This document shows, piece after piece, positions 17,714 through 28,660 of a DNA stretch of 64,000 nt. Where the stretch lies: positions 138,348 through 202,347 of the forward strand of contig DEIU01000010.1 of the NCBI GenBank assembly GCA_002352645.1. The letters run 5' to 3'. The translations under genes were made by a program, and so were the position numbers. Within the stretch, counting starts at the first letter, position 1; the number at the start of each line of letters is the position of its first letter. Under the pieces are notes generated by a model. The model worked only from the letters and a program-made list of their open reading frames with translations, made no database searches and was not told where the DNA came from. Source of the stretch: Acidimicrobiia bacterium UBA2766. GTDB taxonomy: Bacteria; Actinomycetota; Acidimicrobiia; UBA2766.

Positions 17714-18391
17714 TCAAGAAAAACAGTGTTCCACAAGCTGCGAAGGAGTATCAATCACATGGTCCGCCCCCGCGGCTTGCAACTCACCCGCAGTACCAAT
17801 CCCCCACGTGACGCCAATAGTCGCACAGGAATTGGCACGACCTCCTTCAATATCATGGCTACGATCTCCCACCATTACGACATCCACGCCCCCAGTCATC
17901 TCAAGCGCCTCAAGCGCCCGCGCCACTGTGACCGTCTTCGATTCCGGGTCGGCATCTCCCGCTGTACCTACTACAACAACAAAAAGTGACGCAAAACCCA
18001 GTACCTCCACAAGAGGAAGCGCAAATTCGCGTGGTTTCGATGTCGCCACTGCTAAAACTGCCTGCTCTGCCAAAGCCTGCACAGCTGCAGACATCCCTGG
18101 AGGCGATACAGCCCAAGCCAGAAAACGCTTGCGATAATCCTCTCGGTACATCGCAATGTAGCGCGAAAGAAGCACGTCTACCGCCGCCTTCTCCAAGCCC
18201 AGTTCCTCCAGTAACGCTGTCACGCCAAGCTGGAGAGGAGGTCCAATCATCATGCGCAAACGCTCTTCCGTGACACAGGGAAGTCCGAGAAGACGCAATG
18301 CCTCTTTATGTGACCGCACAATTGCTGGAGTCGAATCTGACAGACAGCCATCCAGGTCGAAAAGCACAGCCCTGTAACGCAAAAACCTCAC
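17714..18391 (-). CDS. HAD-superfamily phosphatase (phosphoglycolate phosphatase-like)
   Basis: 'VLFDLDGCLSDS' motif I and 'VMVGDRSHDIEGG' motif IV. I prefer GTG 18391, which places motif I 9 residues from the N-terminus. The ORF is open to 18529. Confidence 0.7.
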   Translation of the reverse strand: MRFLRYRAVLFDLDGCLSDSTPAIVRSHKEALRLLGLPCVTEERLRMMIGPPLQLGVTALLEELGLEKAAVDVLLSRYIAMYREDYRKRFLAWAVSPPGMSAAVQALAEQAVLAVATSKPREFALPLVEVLGFASLFVVVVGTAGDADPESKTVTVARALEALEMTGGVDVVMVGDRSHDIEGGRANSCATIGVTWGIGTAGELQAAGADHVIDTPSQLVEHCFS

Positions 18392-18614
18392 TCCAAAAGA
18401 CGAAGATCGACAAGCCTGACAATACTGTGTCGTCCTACGCGTCATCCTACAAAGGTATTGTTCTATTGGGCCGGACAACAAGCCGGATGCACCTCTCCGG
18501 CAAACAGTCACACGTCTCATTTCCTGCAAAGGAAACCCGCGACATCACGACTTTCCCAGAGCCCGCCAGAGGACAAAGCGCTCTTGCGTCAGATGCCTCT
18601 GAGACGACAACCTC

Positions 18615-19382
18615 TCAGGAAACAGCATCCGGCAGGGATACCGGCATTTCCAAGGGAAAATCGATGCGCAGATGTGCAGGGTCCGCCTGTTCCGTCACCG
18701 CCGGACAATGCCGACCAGTTAACCCCACAAACCAGCTCATTGTGGCAGATTTGGCTTGATCATCAGCCCAGACCACACTCGTGACAGGGAGCAAAAGAGT
18801 ATCGCTGTCAGGCTCAACCGTCTCGTACCTCACATCATAGCTCTGCGCCTCCAGAGGCTGCCCCCCCCTCGCATTGAAAAACACCACATTCAAGGCAAGA
18901 GAGGCCTCTCCCATGTCAACAACAATGTCCGATGTTCCCGGCTTCACTCCGCTCTTCAAAAAGGGAGGAGCAATAAAATGAATCTGGTATTTCGGCAGCG
19001 CACCTATGCCATCAGGGACAGACTGAAACTCAAAAGTGACACGCTGAAATTTCTTCTGCGTTGTCACGGCGACTCTCTCGAGAGAACGAACCGTATCAAT
19101 AGATCCCCCTCCCACGGGAGCACACGGATAGAGTGACGGCGTTGCCGCATCCTCCGCATCCTCCGCACCCTCGATCTCATTCTCTCCCATCACAAGAGTC
19201 GTACCGCTACTCACGGCAACAGGCACATCGCGAGATTGTTCCGCGCAAGCCCCCAAAATCCCCAAAACGAGAAAAAAACACAGGCCCCATCGCAAGATTT
19301 TCTGCAACAGTTTCTCCCCGCCCCAGTCCGGCAACGGTTCTCCCCGCCCCAGCATTGATACCCTTCGCTTGCTACACAACAA
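18615..19382 (-). CDS. Putative lipoprotein, function unknown
   Basis: Signal peptide with lipobox 'LVLGILGAC'. I recognise no family. The exact start is uncertain. Confidence 0.5.
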   Translation of the reverse strand: MLCSKRRVSMLGRGEPLPDWGGEKLLQKILRWGLCFFLVLGILGACAEQSRDVPVAVSSGTTLVMGENEIEGAEDAEDAATPSLYPCAPVGGGSIDTVRSLERVAVTTQKKFQRVTFEFQSVPDGIGALPKYQIHFIAPPFLKSGVKPGTSDIVVDMGEASLALNVVFFNARGGQPLEAQSYDVRYETVEPDSDTLLLPVTSVVWADDQAKSATMSWFVGLTGRHCPAVTEQADPAHLRIDFPLEMPVSLPDAVS

Positions 19383-19761
19383 TAAATTTGTCAGACAAAC
19401 CCTGGAGACCAGTGTGTATTTCTCGGGAACACGCGCTCAACAAGGTTTCTCTTTACTTTTGCAATCCTGTTTTTATAATGACAGGAAGAGAAAGTACGAC
19501 AAGGATACTCCGCGAAACCTGAAAAATGCCGCTTTTCTCCTTCATTCTCTCTCACTCTCCACGCCCCCTCCCTTACTTCAAGCACTTTTCAGACGCTTTA
19601 TCCTTTTCGCGGTTTTCTCTTCTCGTTTTCTCTGCTTGGAAAGTCACAAGCTATTACATCGTTTTGCGTCGTTTCTCGACCCGTCCTCACGCAAGCTCAC
19701 TTCCCAACAAGCCCTGCAATACAAGCTCTCGCGCCACACTCCTCTACAAGAGGTAGAGGAG

Positions 19762-20727
19762 TTACGCACGCTCAAGCAAAAGCGCAAAATGCTTTTTTTC
19801 TGTGGCAACTTGCTGCGCGATACCTTCTTCAAAAGGGACTACAGCCGCAAAACCCGAAGCCTGCAGACGCGACGTATCGGCCACAGTGGCGGACACATCT
19901 CCCGCCTGACGAGCCGAATACACACGCTGCAACGGCTCGGGAAGTGCCGCGTCAATCACGTCCAGAATCTGGTGAAGTGAAACGACTTTCTCCCCTGCCA
20001 CGTTGTACACAGCAGGCGGGAGGGAAAGGCCGGCAATCGTGGCACGAACACAATCTTCCACAAAAGTCAACGCACGCTGCTGAGTCCCATCTCCATACAC
20101 AAATATTTTTTCTTTCCGCAGACCCGCCTGGATGAACTTTTGAATGGCCATATCGTTGCGTTGCCGCGGTCCGTAAATCGTGAAATACCGCAAGGCCACA
20201 ACATCAATACCAAAACAGTCTTGGTATGATAATAGCAATCGTTCTGCTGCGAGTTTTGTGACGCCATAGGGAGACAGCGGACGGGGTTCATCATGCTCAC
20301 CCGCTTTCACGCGATCTCCAAGCTCGCCATACACCGAAGAAGAAGAGGCAAAAACAATACGCGGAACGCCGAATTCCAGCATGCCCTCGGCAATTCTCTG
20401 TGTCACGAAAATATTGTCATGGAGATAGGAAGAAAAAGAAGATCCCCAAGAATCGCGCACTCCCGGTCGACCGGCCAGGTGAAACACTGCCGATGTTCCC
20501 TCCAACAAAGGTCCCAGGTCAGCCGTTGCAAGATCTTCCGTAAAAAAAGAAAAACGCTGTGCAGCAAACGGTGATTCCTGCACTTCCGCCAGATTATGCT
20601 GGCGTGCCTCAACATCATAATGGGGGCGAAAACAGTCCACACCCACCACATCATGACCATGCGCAAGTAGGAACTCGACAAGATGGGAACCAATGAAACC
20701 AGCCGCACCAGTGACAAGAACGCGCAC
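19762..20727 (-). CDS. NAD-dependent nucleotide-sugar epimerase/dehydratase (SDR family)
   Basis: 'VLVTGAAGFIGSHL' Rossmann motif and the 'YGVTK' catalytic YxxxK. GTG 20727 has GGAGG 5 nt upstream. The ORF opens at 20751. Confidence 0.85.
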   Translation of the reverse strand: MRVLVTGAAGFIGSHLVEFLLAHGHDVVGVDCFRPHYDVEARQHNLAEVQESPFAAQRFSFFTEDLATADLGPLLEGTSAVFHLAGRPGVRDSWGSSFSSYLHDNIFVTQRIAEGMLEFGVPRIVFASSSSVYGELGDRVKAGEHDEPRPLSPYGVTKLAAERLLLSYQDCFGIDVVALRYFTIYGPRQRNDMAIQKFIQAGLRKEKIFVYGDGTQQRALTFVEDCVRATIAGLSLPPAVYNVAGEKVVSLHQILDVIDAALPEPLQRVYSARQAGDVSATVADTSRLQASGFAAVVPFEEGIAQQVATEKKHFALLLERA

Positions 20728-20868
20728 AAAACCTCCACAAAGCAGCGTCACAACTTTCCGCGCAAATGTAGCGGCTCCAGAATCGCCAGAAGACGATGCT
20801 CTACCTGGAAAAACGACAAAACGAGCAGCACTCGAAAAAGCTTGGGAAAAATTCTCTCCGACAAACGC

Positions 20869-21645
20869 TTATTGCGCTCCCTCAGGCCTCCCGCCATTCA
20901 CCCCGGCACAAATATCGAGCACATCAGGCAGTGCAGTAATCACAAAATCGGGCGTGACTCCTTCGGCACGAAAGGCATGCGGAGTGTGTTTCCAGACTCC
21001 TCGCATCCCAACTCCCTGCGCCCCACGAATGTCATCATGTTGCCGGTCCCCTACAAATAATGTGCGCTCCGGCCGCACATCCAGCTCAGCGAGAACACGC
21101 TGAAAAATCCGCGGATGAGGTTTCATCTCCGGCTCATTACTCGAATAAACACAAATGTCTAAAAATTCGGCGAGACCGTCTCGCTGCAAAAAATGTTCAT
21201 GAAAATGTTCCGGCCAGTGCGTATTTGACAGCAGACCGGTGCGTATTCCGCGAGCTTTCAGAGACGCCAGCGTTGTTTTTGCCTCTGCATCGTGAACAAC
21301 ATGCTCTGTCCAACTATCCAGATGACGAAGAGCTGCTTCTTCCAGGACCGCTTCGGCCACGTCCACACCAAGTTCATCCGATGCCACTTTAAAAATATCC
21401 ACGAGACGAAAACTACGTGCCCCAGAGAATCCCACACATTCTTCCCATAACCGGTTCTCCACCAGGGCGAGTTGCATTTTAATGGCCTGGGGCTCGCCTC
21501 CGGTTTCCACAGCAATATGCTCGGCAGCCAGTTCCCACATATCCTCCATTTCGATCAGTACCCATTCAGAGAGTGTGCCACCCCAATCGAAAATCACCGC
21601 CTCCACAGGTTCGTCCAAACATCGTGCACTACCCTGTTCAATCAC
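20869..21645 (-). CDS. HAD-superfamily hydrolase
   Basis: 'VIFDWGGTL' motif I variant, 'LLSNT' motif II and 'FVGDRQHDDIRGA' motif IV. Confidence 0.7.
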   Translation of the reverse strand: MIEQGSARCLDEPVEAVIFDWGGTLSEWVLIEMEDMWELAAEHIAVETGGEPQAIKMQLALVENRLWEECVGFSGARSFRLVDIFKVASDELGVDVAEAVLEEAALRHLDSWTEHVVHDAEAKTTLASLKARGIRTGLLSNTHWPEHFHEHFLQRDGLAEFLDICVYSSNEPEMKPHPRIFQRVLAELDVRPERTLFVGDRQHDDIRGAQGVGMRGVWKHTPHAFRAEGVTPDFVITALPDVLDICAGVNGGRPEGAQ

Positions 21646-21824
21646 TTTGTTCTCACTTCCCGTCGGCCGGGCGTCCGGTTTTCCCGCCCTTGTCTTCTAC
21701 CCAAATCCCAACCCATTTTCGGCAATCGCCTGTTTCATCCTATAGCGAAGAAAAGTCGCGCAGAAGCATTCTCCCCGGAGACTCTTCCGTAAGATCGTTC
21801 CACCCCCACTGAAGGAGCTGTCCC

Positions 21825-22709
21825 ATGTCTGAAGACACAAATCTGTCAACTCCTCCCCCTTTTCGCCCAGCTGCCGATCTCTCGATCGACACTGCAGTCA
21901 CCCAGCTTGCCAAAGCTCCCGGTTGGTACTCCGCGGACCTCTCTCCCTCCTGGAATTTTCGTACACCCAACGGTGGTGTGCTCATGACAATCGCCTTGCG
22001 CGCCATGCAGGCTGAACTCAACGATCCCGAGTTCCGGCCTCGTTCTGCCGGCACTTTATTTCTCTCACCTGTTCCCCATGGTCCCATGGAAATCCGGGTA
22101 GAGGTTCTACGAAAAGGAGGAATAGCAGCACAGCTCCGCGCTGCTCTTTCTTCTACAGCCGTGCCTGGACCTGGCCTCGAAGTCAGCGCCGTCTTTACAC
22201 GCGATCACCACGGACCCGAATTCACCTGGGCCACCCCACCAAAAGTCACAGATCCCCAGCCTGACATTCGTGCACGAGAACACAAGATTGGCGGCCAATG
22301 CCCAAATTTCGCCCATAACTTCGATCAGGCCATTGGATGCGGACCTGACATTTGGACACCAGGATTCGCCCCCACAGGAGAAGCTCTTTCAGGACGCTGG
22401 TTTCGCTACATCATTCCTCAGCAACTTGCCGGCAAAGAACTCGACCCGCTGGCCCTCCCCCCCATCATGGACCATATGCCTTCTGCCATTTGGGCATACG
22501 ACGGGCATGATCCCGCATCATACGCACCAAGCCTCGACTTAACCGTACATTTCTTAGCGGACACAACTGCCGATTGGCTGCTTCTCTTGAACTCTTCGCG
22601 TCGCGCCCACGCCGGATATGCCACTGCCGATGTAGAAGTCTGGGGAGATAATGAACTTGTTGCCTATGGCACACAAACAATGATGTTTCGCAAAGCACCA
22701 ACAGAGTAA
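21825..22709 (+). CDS. Thioesterase-like protein (double hot-dog, TesB/4HBT_3-like)
   Basis: 294 aa. 'NGGVLMTIALRA' resembles the N-terminal acyl-CoA thioesterase motif. A GAAGGAG RBS lies ahead of ATG 21825. Confidence 0.5.
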   Translation: MSEDTNLSTPPPFRPAADLSIDTAVTQLAKAPGWYSADLSPSWNFRTPNGGVLMTIALRAMQAELNDPEFRPRSAGTLFLSPVPHGPMEIRVEVLRKGGIAAQLRAALSSTAVPGPGLEVSAVFTRDHHGPEFTWATPPKVTDPQPDIRAREHKIGGQCPNFAHNFDQAIGCGPDIWTPGFAPTGEALSGRWFRYIIPQQLAGKELDPLALPPIMDHMPSAIWAYDGHDPASYAPSLDLTVHFLADTTADWLLLLNSSRRAHAGYATADVEVWGDNELVAYGTQTMMFRKAPTE

Positions 22710-23018
22710 GGGCACTCCCGGCTTTTCCTGGTTTTTCCTGCCCTTTCCCGGCTTCTCGGTCTCCTGCAAAAAACCCTGAACAGTAACATCTTGCGTGTGA
22801 GAACCCCTCATGTCAGAACCGCTCGAGCAACGGAACAGGCAGACAACACAAGACCACGACAAGAAAATCGAAAAACTCTTTTTCAAGAGAAAGAGTGCCC
22901 ATACGCAAAGAACAAGAAAAGTCCTTCAACCAAAATATTTCCCGCAATAACAGCAAAACACAGCGCGCGCACAAAACAAACCAGTTTCACGCCTCAGGCA
23001 CACACACGACACAGGTTT

Positions 23019-23876
23019 TCATTCTCCCCGTCGCGGACCTGTCCAACAGCTACTCGCAAGATTGCGTAACAACCAAAAAGCATCAACCCGCCCCGTACGA
23101 CGGAAGTGTTTCCATTGAGCACGCGCAGAATGCCAGGCTTGACGGCGACGTTTCACACGCAATTCCTGACCTACGGGAGGGTGTCGAATATATCCAATCT
23201 GGGGAAGCATCACGACTTCCCCCTTTTCAGTGAGACGCAGCCAGAGATCATAATCTTGGGCCACAGGAAAAGACTCGTCATATCCACCAACAGCAAGCAC
23301 AGCTTCCCGACGGAACATCACCGTCCCATGCACAATAGGGTTACGACGCAGCAAAACCCGCCGCAACTCCTTCCCATCGGTTGGGGGAAAAAGAAAACGC
23401 CCGGACTCTGACACAGGGACAAGACCCTGCCCAGAAAAGTCATCGACAGCGCTTGCGACGCCAGAAGGAGAATCCCCTCGCGTCTCCCGGCAAGCCGTAA
23501 CGCAGAGCACCGCAGCGGGATTATCCTGCAATAAAGAGGCCTGGTCACTGAAACGGTCCCCCACCAGCTCGTCATCCACATCGATACGCGCCACGAAAGG
23601 TTCCTGCACTGCCTGCAAACCGGCGTTCAAGGCATGCGCCAACCCTCGTCGCGGGCACGAGAGCAGGAACACGTCTGGAAAGAAACGTCGTACCAAAGAA
23701 GAAGTCGCGTCGATACTTCCGTCGTCCACAACCACTACACGGGCGCCCGCAGACCGCTCGCGCAACCGGTCCAAAGCCGGCACAATCTCTCGCTCGCCAT
23801 CTCTCACGGGCAGAAGAACCGCCACAAGACCGGACAAAGGCCCGACAGGCTTCTCCGCACTCATCAGCATGTCCAT
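23019..23876 (-). CDS. Family 2 glycosyltransferase
   Basis: 'VAVLLPVRDGE' and 'VVVVDDGSIDAT' GT-A motifs. ATG 23876 is preceded by GAGGAG. TTG 23891 opens the ORF. Confidence 0.8.
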   Translation of the reverse strand: MDMLMSAEKPVGPLSGLVAVLLPVRDGEREIVPALDRLRERSAGARVVVVDDGSIDATSSLVRRFFPDVFLLSCPRRGLAHALNAGLQAVQEPFVARIDVDDELVGDRFSDQASLLQDNPAAVLCVTACRETRGDSPSGVASAVDDFSGQGLVPVSESGRFLFPPTDGKELRRVLLRRNPIVHGTVMFRREAVLAVGGYDESFPVAQDYDLWLRLTEKGEVVMLPQIGYIRHPPVGQELRVKRRRQAWHSARAQWKHFRRTGRVDAFWLLRNLASSCWTGPRRGE

Positions 23877-24086
23877 CAAATCTCCTCTCAAGGCCAGAAT
23901 CTCCGTCCTTCCTGTCTCTTCGCTTTCTTTCGGAGCTCACAGTTGGGACTCACGCAAGGTTCTGGAATCTCTCTGCACCTTCCGTAAAGGCTTTTCTCGT
24001 TTCTGCCTTCTCCCCACGCAAAAAACGTTTCCCACACTGCATCAATCAGCACACACACTCACTTTCCATACCTTCCATCGGAAAGC

Positions 24087-26696
24087 TTACGAACCGTCCT
24101 TGAGGAGACTGCACGCAAGATCAACCTCTTGTTCCATAAGAAGGCGCAAGTCGAGTTGGGAACACGCCAAGTTGTATCCCGCTACGGACAACTTTTTGTG
24201 CGCAATATCATCGGAAACGAGGCTGCATACCGCACTTGTGGCTGCCGCAATATCTCCTAACGGATACGCAGCCACGACTGCAGGATCTTGCGCGATAAAC
24301 CAATCAAAACGTTCCAAAGTTGGAATAATCGCCGGCGTCCCACGCGAAAACGCTTCGACCACCGTTTTTTGCATACCCTCAGTCACTGAAGTAGAAAGCA
24401 GTGCAATCGCGCTATCCATGTGGGAAAGCATCTCGCTATGCGGCAAAACACCCAGAAAACGGCCTCCCGTTTCTGCAAGACGCTCACGCTGCGCAACAGA
24501 AAGCGAACCTGCCCCAATCACTGTTAAAGCACAACCGCTGCGCGCTGCAATCTCGATCGCGTCATCGACCCGCTTCTCCGCAGAGATCCTGCCTACCCAG
24601 AGAAGCCCTGTCCGGGCAGATCGAAGAAGCGGAGCAGGCGCTACTTCAGCTCCATTCGGAATAACCACAAGAGCAGCATCCCGCGCGCCAAACTCCGCGG
24701 CATCGGCCCGCAGCCTCTCGGTCGTCACAATGACACGTTCCATCTGCGCCAGGCCCACACTGAACAAAGAGGAGAGCAGCTTCGCGCGCAATGTATGACC
24801 GTGCAACTGCGACAATCCCACATAGTCATACCCATACGTCACGACCGTGTGCGCGCCTTGCAATTTTTTTCCCAGATACAAACTTCCTACAGCGGTTGCC
24901 TGCATACCCCGCCACACAGGAAAATTTCCTTGTCGCGCCAGTACTATCCCAGCAAGAAACGACCAGACCCATCCCCAATACTCAGCAAGCACAACACGCG
25001 GAGCACAAAGAAAATCCACACCTCGCGCAGTCAGTAATTCTTCTTCGCGCGCACGCGCCCCACACGACAAAATGCCGACGCTGAATCCTCGATCGCGATA
25101 ATATCCCACCCAATACCTGAAAAAACGCTCAAGCTGACCATTACGCCAAAGAGATTCCAGACTCCCTCCCGGAGGAAGCACGAAGAGGACAGCCGGAGAA
25201 AGAGTCTGAAGTTTTTTGTCTCCCCGCCGGGTTTTCGGGCTTTTCCCTGGTTTTCGCGATTTATTCACCAACCTTGCGAACTTCGATGCCCCTTGTGATG
25301 CCTCGTCCTCCATTACGGCAACCCCCGCGCCAGTCACTTGGTGGGCACCCGCCCCTACCGACTTCCCCTGTGCGCGTAGTGCAGTCAAAAACCGGTCGGC
25401 AACAGCCGCAGGAGCGAACTGTGTGTCCACCCAAGCCCGCGCCGCAGCCATATCGAATTCCCCGGCAACAAGCTTGCGCCGCGCCTCTTCAAGTCCCTTT
25501 GCAAAGTCACCGGGGGAACAGGAGGAAACGACGATCCCGCCAGTGGGGGCAACAGCTTCCCTGGTCCCGCCACGGTTCGTCGTGACCACTGGAGTGCCCA
25601 CCAACTGCGCCTCAAAAGCCGTACGAGGCAGAGCTTCAAGGGAAACAGAGGGGACAACAACAAGATCAGCGCGGGACATCACCGCAAGGGCTTCCCGGTG
25701 CGACACACGTGGACGGCGATCCAACAAAGGGGACTCTTGCGTGTCGCCCAGGGCACCATATGCCGAGAACTTCCACCCAGCCTCAGCGGGCAGTAGTCGC
25801 ATGGTCTCGCACAAAAGACCAGCACCCTTGCCTGGACTGCCACGTCCCATAAATACCACCCGGCATTCGTCCACAGAGGGACGGGAAGCAAGATGCCCCA
25901 CTCCATCCAAAGACGGAACAGGATTCCCAATCGCCACAGCCTCTTTTCCGGTCCGTTCCTGCCATGCGTTTGCCAGGTCCTGACTCACGCTCAACACCTG
26001 ATCGACAGCCCGCAATCCAGAACGCAACAAACCTGCATAAAGCCATCGTTGAAAAAGACCTATTCGGTAGGCCCCTCCCTGGCGGGAACTGGCATAACGC
26101 TCCATATACTCACCCGAGCACGTCTCAAGGAAACGTCGAGTACCACAATCGGAATAGGGCGTGCCTCTCGTAAGACGGCAGGTATGGATGGGACACCACC
26201 ACCCATGATCTCGCATCACAGCGGCAACACGGGGACGTTTGCCAGGAAAAGCGAGCCGCGCTCCAGCCACAGCCCAGGGGACAGCGTCGGAAGAGCTCGC
26301 AATGACCCAGTCTGGCGAAAAGGCCCGGACATGCTGCCCAACGGCGCGAACCGCAGCAGGGAGCAAACGAATGCGATCAGCATAAGAACGTCCGGTGCGC
26401 CCTCCTGCACCAAAGAAAAAACTCTCGCCCGGACCTTCGGAATCTACCGATTCATTCGTCGAATCTTCTGAGGAAGATCCCGACCAAACACCTTTCTCAG
26501 GCGGAGAGCGCCAAGCCGGAGCAAGGCGACGCACCTGGGCGCTGCGCGCCAAAGTATCGGCCAGAATGCCCCCGCTCACCTCCGCCCCTCCAATTGGTGC
26601 CGAAGGAGAAAACGCGAAGATCACAAGGAGGCGAAGAGACGAGGAAGATTGGCCTGTGCGAACCTTGACGGACACAGGAGTCAGGTCATGCGACAC
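24087..26696 (-). CDS. Double glycosyltransferase: two GT4 (GT-B) modules in one 869-aa polypeptide
   Basis: Two separate E-x7-E regions ('SLEALPRTAFEAQLVGTPVV' and 'VTEGMQKTVVEAFSRGTPAI'), joined by a basic linker 'NKSRKPGKSPKTRRGDKK'. Confidence 0.8.
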   Translation of the reverse strand: MSHDLTPVSVKVRTGQSSSSLRLLVIFAFSPSAPIGGAEVSGGILADTLARSAQVRRLAPAWRSPPEKGVWSGSSSEDSTNESVDSEGPGESFFFGAGGRTGRSYADRIRLLPAAVRAVGQHVRAFSPDWVIASSSDAVPWAVAGARLAFPGKRPRVAAVMRDHGWWCPIHTCRLTRGTPYSDCGTRRFLETCSGEYMERYASSRQGGAYRIGLFQRWLYAGLLRSGLRAVDQVLSVSQDLANAWQERTGKEAVAIGNPVPSLDGVGHLASRPSVDECRVVFMGRGSPGKGAGLLCETMRLLPAEAGWKFSAYGALGDTQESPLLDRRPRVSHREALAVMSRADLVVVPSVSLEALPRTAFEAQLVGTPVVTTNRGGTREAVAPTGGIVVSSCSPGDFAKGLEEARRKLVAGEFDMAAARAWVDTQFAPAAVADRFLTALRAQGKSVGAGAHQVTGAGVAVMEDEASQGASKFARLVNKSRKPGKSPKTRRGDKKLQTLSPAVLFVLPPGGSLESLWRNGQLERFFRYWVGYYRDRGFSVGILSCGARAREEELLTARGVDFLCAPRVVLAEYWGWVWSFLAGIVLARQGNFPVWRGMQATAVGSLYLGKKLQGAHTVVTYGYDYVGLSQLHGHTLRAKLLSSLFSVGLAQMERVIVTTERLRADAAEFGARDAALVVIPNGAEVAPAPLLRSARTGLLWVGRISAEKRVDDAIEIAARSGCALTVIGAGSLSVAQRERLAETGGRFLGVLPHSEMLSHMDSAIALLSTSVTEGMQKTVVEAFSRGTPAIIPTLERFDWFIAQDPAVVAAYPLGDIAAATSAVCSLVSDDIAHKKLSVAGYNLACSQLDLRLLMEQEVDLACSLLKDGS

Positions 26697-26879
26697 GCGT
26701 CACACCTTTGCCGAAGGTTTGAAAACAGCGAGCAAACAAAAGCGGATTGCGCAACAGAGTTCACGAAATCCAACAAACAAGACATTCCAGGAAACGGCAA
26801 AAAACTATCTTTCCCCATATTCTCCTTCTTCAGTATCATTCTTCTCTTAGGACATATAAAAGTGACATAAAAAACTGTT

Positions 26880-28364
26880 TTAAACGGAAATATCTCGCAA
26901 AATATGCTGCGAATTTGCCGAAGTGTCTACGACATTATCCAAGGACATTGTCGCAACATAGTCGTCTGTCACAATCCCAAAAATCCGCGCGAATGTCCGC
27001 ACTACAATACGGAAGTCAAGAAAAATAGTCTGATACTTAATATACCAAAGATCACGCTCGAACTTCGCCACGTTTGTCTTTAGATCATGCGCATATGGAG
27101 CAGTAATCTGCGCCCATCCAGTAATCCCAGGCCGTACCATATGGCGCATGTTATAGAAGGGGATCTTCTCTGTAAGATCTTCAACAAACTTTGGTTGCTC
27201 TGGCCTTGGACCTACCAAAGACATTTCCCCACGGAGCAGGTTCAGAAATTGCGGAAGCTCATCTATATGAGAAAGACGTAGAAACTTTCCCACCCGTGTC
27301 ACACGAGAATCACCAGGCTTCCACACGCGCTGTTCCTGCACATCCTCCACATACATACTACGAAATTTCCACAACAAAAATCTCTCCCCACCAGCTCCAA
27401 TGCGCCATTGTTGGTACAGTACGGGGCCAGAAGAGTCCAACTTCACAAGTAGGCCAAGGGGAAGATACAAAAGCAAAAAAACGCACGTTCCAAGAAACCC
27501 AAAAAGAAAGTCGACCACTCTCTTTTGCACTCGGAATATCCTTTTGTGTATTTCACAAATATCCAGCAAAAACCACTGATACGACAAACTGGACTGGGTG
27601 ATTTTACAAAAAACTTTCTCATATACATCCGCGGCCATACGTACAGCAACACCTGACATATTGACCATCACGATAGCGTGCAAAAGTTTTGAATCTCCCA
27701 GCACGCCCTCATCAATAATGACCAAAGATGGCATCTCCATAAGTAGATAACGCGCAATAATTTTCGCATTATCATGCACAAATAAATCAGTATCGATAAA
27801 TGAGAAATTTTCCAGACGAGGGTCACTCATAGAAGCAAATTGTGCCCGCATATCCTCCGCAACAGCAGATGAGCCAAGAAAAAGTATACGACAGTTTTCA
27901 TGTTTTCTCCGCGCGAAACAAAGCACAAAAAAACGAAGAGTGGCCATACCGGAAATAAGAGGAAAGCCTGCACCAAGAAGAAGAGATCTCGGTAATACTT
28001 GCACCCCAAACATCACCTGAAGCAAGGAAAGAATCCCGAGAGCAGTTGCGTAACCAATAGTGGCTCGTCCAAACGCTTCAGTCACAGAACTCCCACGATA
28101 GGCATCGAGTCCATAAGAAACTGATGCCAGCCCCCACGCCAATATCCCCAAGAAAACAGCAGCACCATAATTCATCAGACTCGGAGTCTGCTCATGCACA
28201 TTCCCATGCACCCATAGCCAGAAACAGGGGACGACAAGACTCCAGATTCCGGCGACAAAAGTCGCGATCCTGCCCAAGCGTTTCCCTTCATTGCGTTCAT
28301 TGCGACAGACAACAACAGACTGACCGGAAACCTCATCGAAAACCTTCGGGTCATTTCCAATCAC
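26880..28364 (-). CDS. Priming polyprenyl-phosphate glycosyl-phosphotransferase (WbaP/EpsL-type, Bac_transf domain)
   Basis: N-terminal TM bundle. C-terminal 'KRVVDFLFGFLG...', 'LWKFRSM' and 'DELPQFLNLLRGEMSLVGPRP'. Confidence 0.9.
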   Translation of the reverse strand: MIGNDPKVFDEVSGQSVVVCRNERNEGKRLGRIATFVAGIWSLVVPCFWLWVHGNVHEQTPSLMNYGAAVFLGILAWGLASVSYGLDAYRGSSVTEAFGRATIGYATALGILSLLQVMFGVQVLPRSLLLGAGFPLISGMATLRFFVLCFARRKHENCRILFLGSSAVAEDMRAQFASMSDPRLENFSFIDTDLFVHDNAKIIARYLLMEMPSLVIIDEGVLGDSKLLHAIVMVNMSGVAVRMAADVYEKVFCKITQSSLSYQWFLLDICEIHKRIFRVQKRVVDFLFGFLGTCVFLLLYLPLGLLVKLDSSGPVLYQQWRIGAGGERFLLWKFRSMYVEDVQEQRVWKPGDSRVTRVGKFLRLSHIDELPQFLNLLRGEMSLVGPRPEQPKFVEDLTEKIPFYNMRHMVRPGITGWAQITAPYAHDLKTNVAKFERDLWYIKYQTIFLDFRIVVRTFARIFGIVTDDYVATMSLDNVVDTSANSQHILRDISV

Positions 28365-28660
28365 CCCGTTGGAAAGAGAGCGTAGCAGTCAAAAAACACA
28401 CTGAGTGACCAATTCTCACACAGGATGACTTTGCAAAGAGAGAACCCGGACGAGCCAGAGAGCCCCACACAGAGACGAAAGACAAATACGCATGGGCAAA
28501 GAGCATGAAAAGACCTAAAAATCAAGAAATGCCCGAGGACACAGACGAAAAGCGCCAAACACCAGCCAGAAGGATCCAGTGAAGGAAGAAAAGAAAAAAC
28601 CCGATACAACAGACAACAGCAACATAAAACACGGGCATAAAGGGCAAAACGGGAGGAAAA

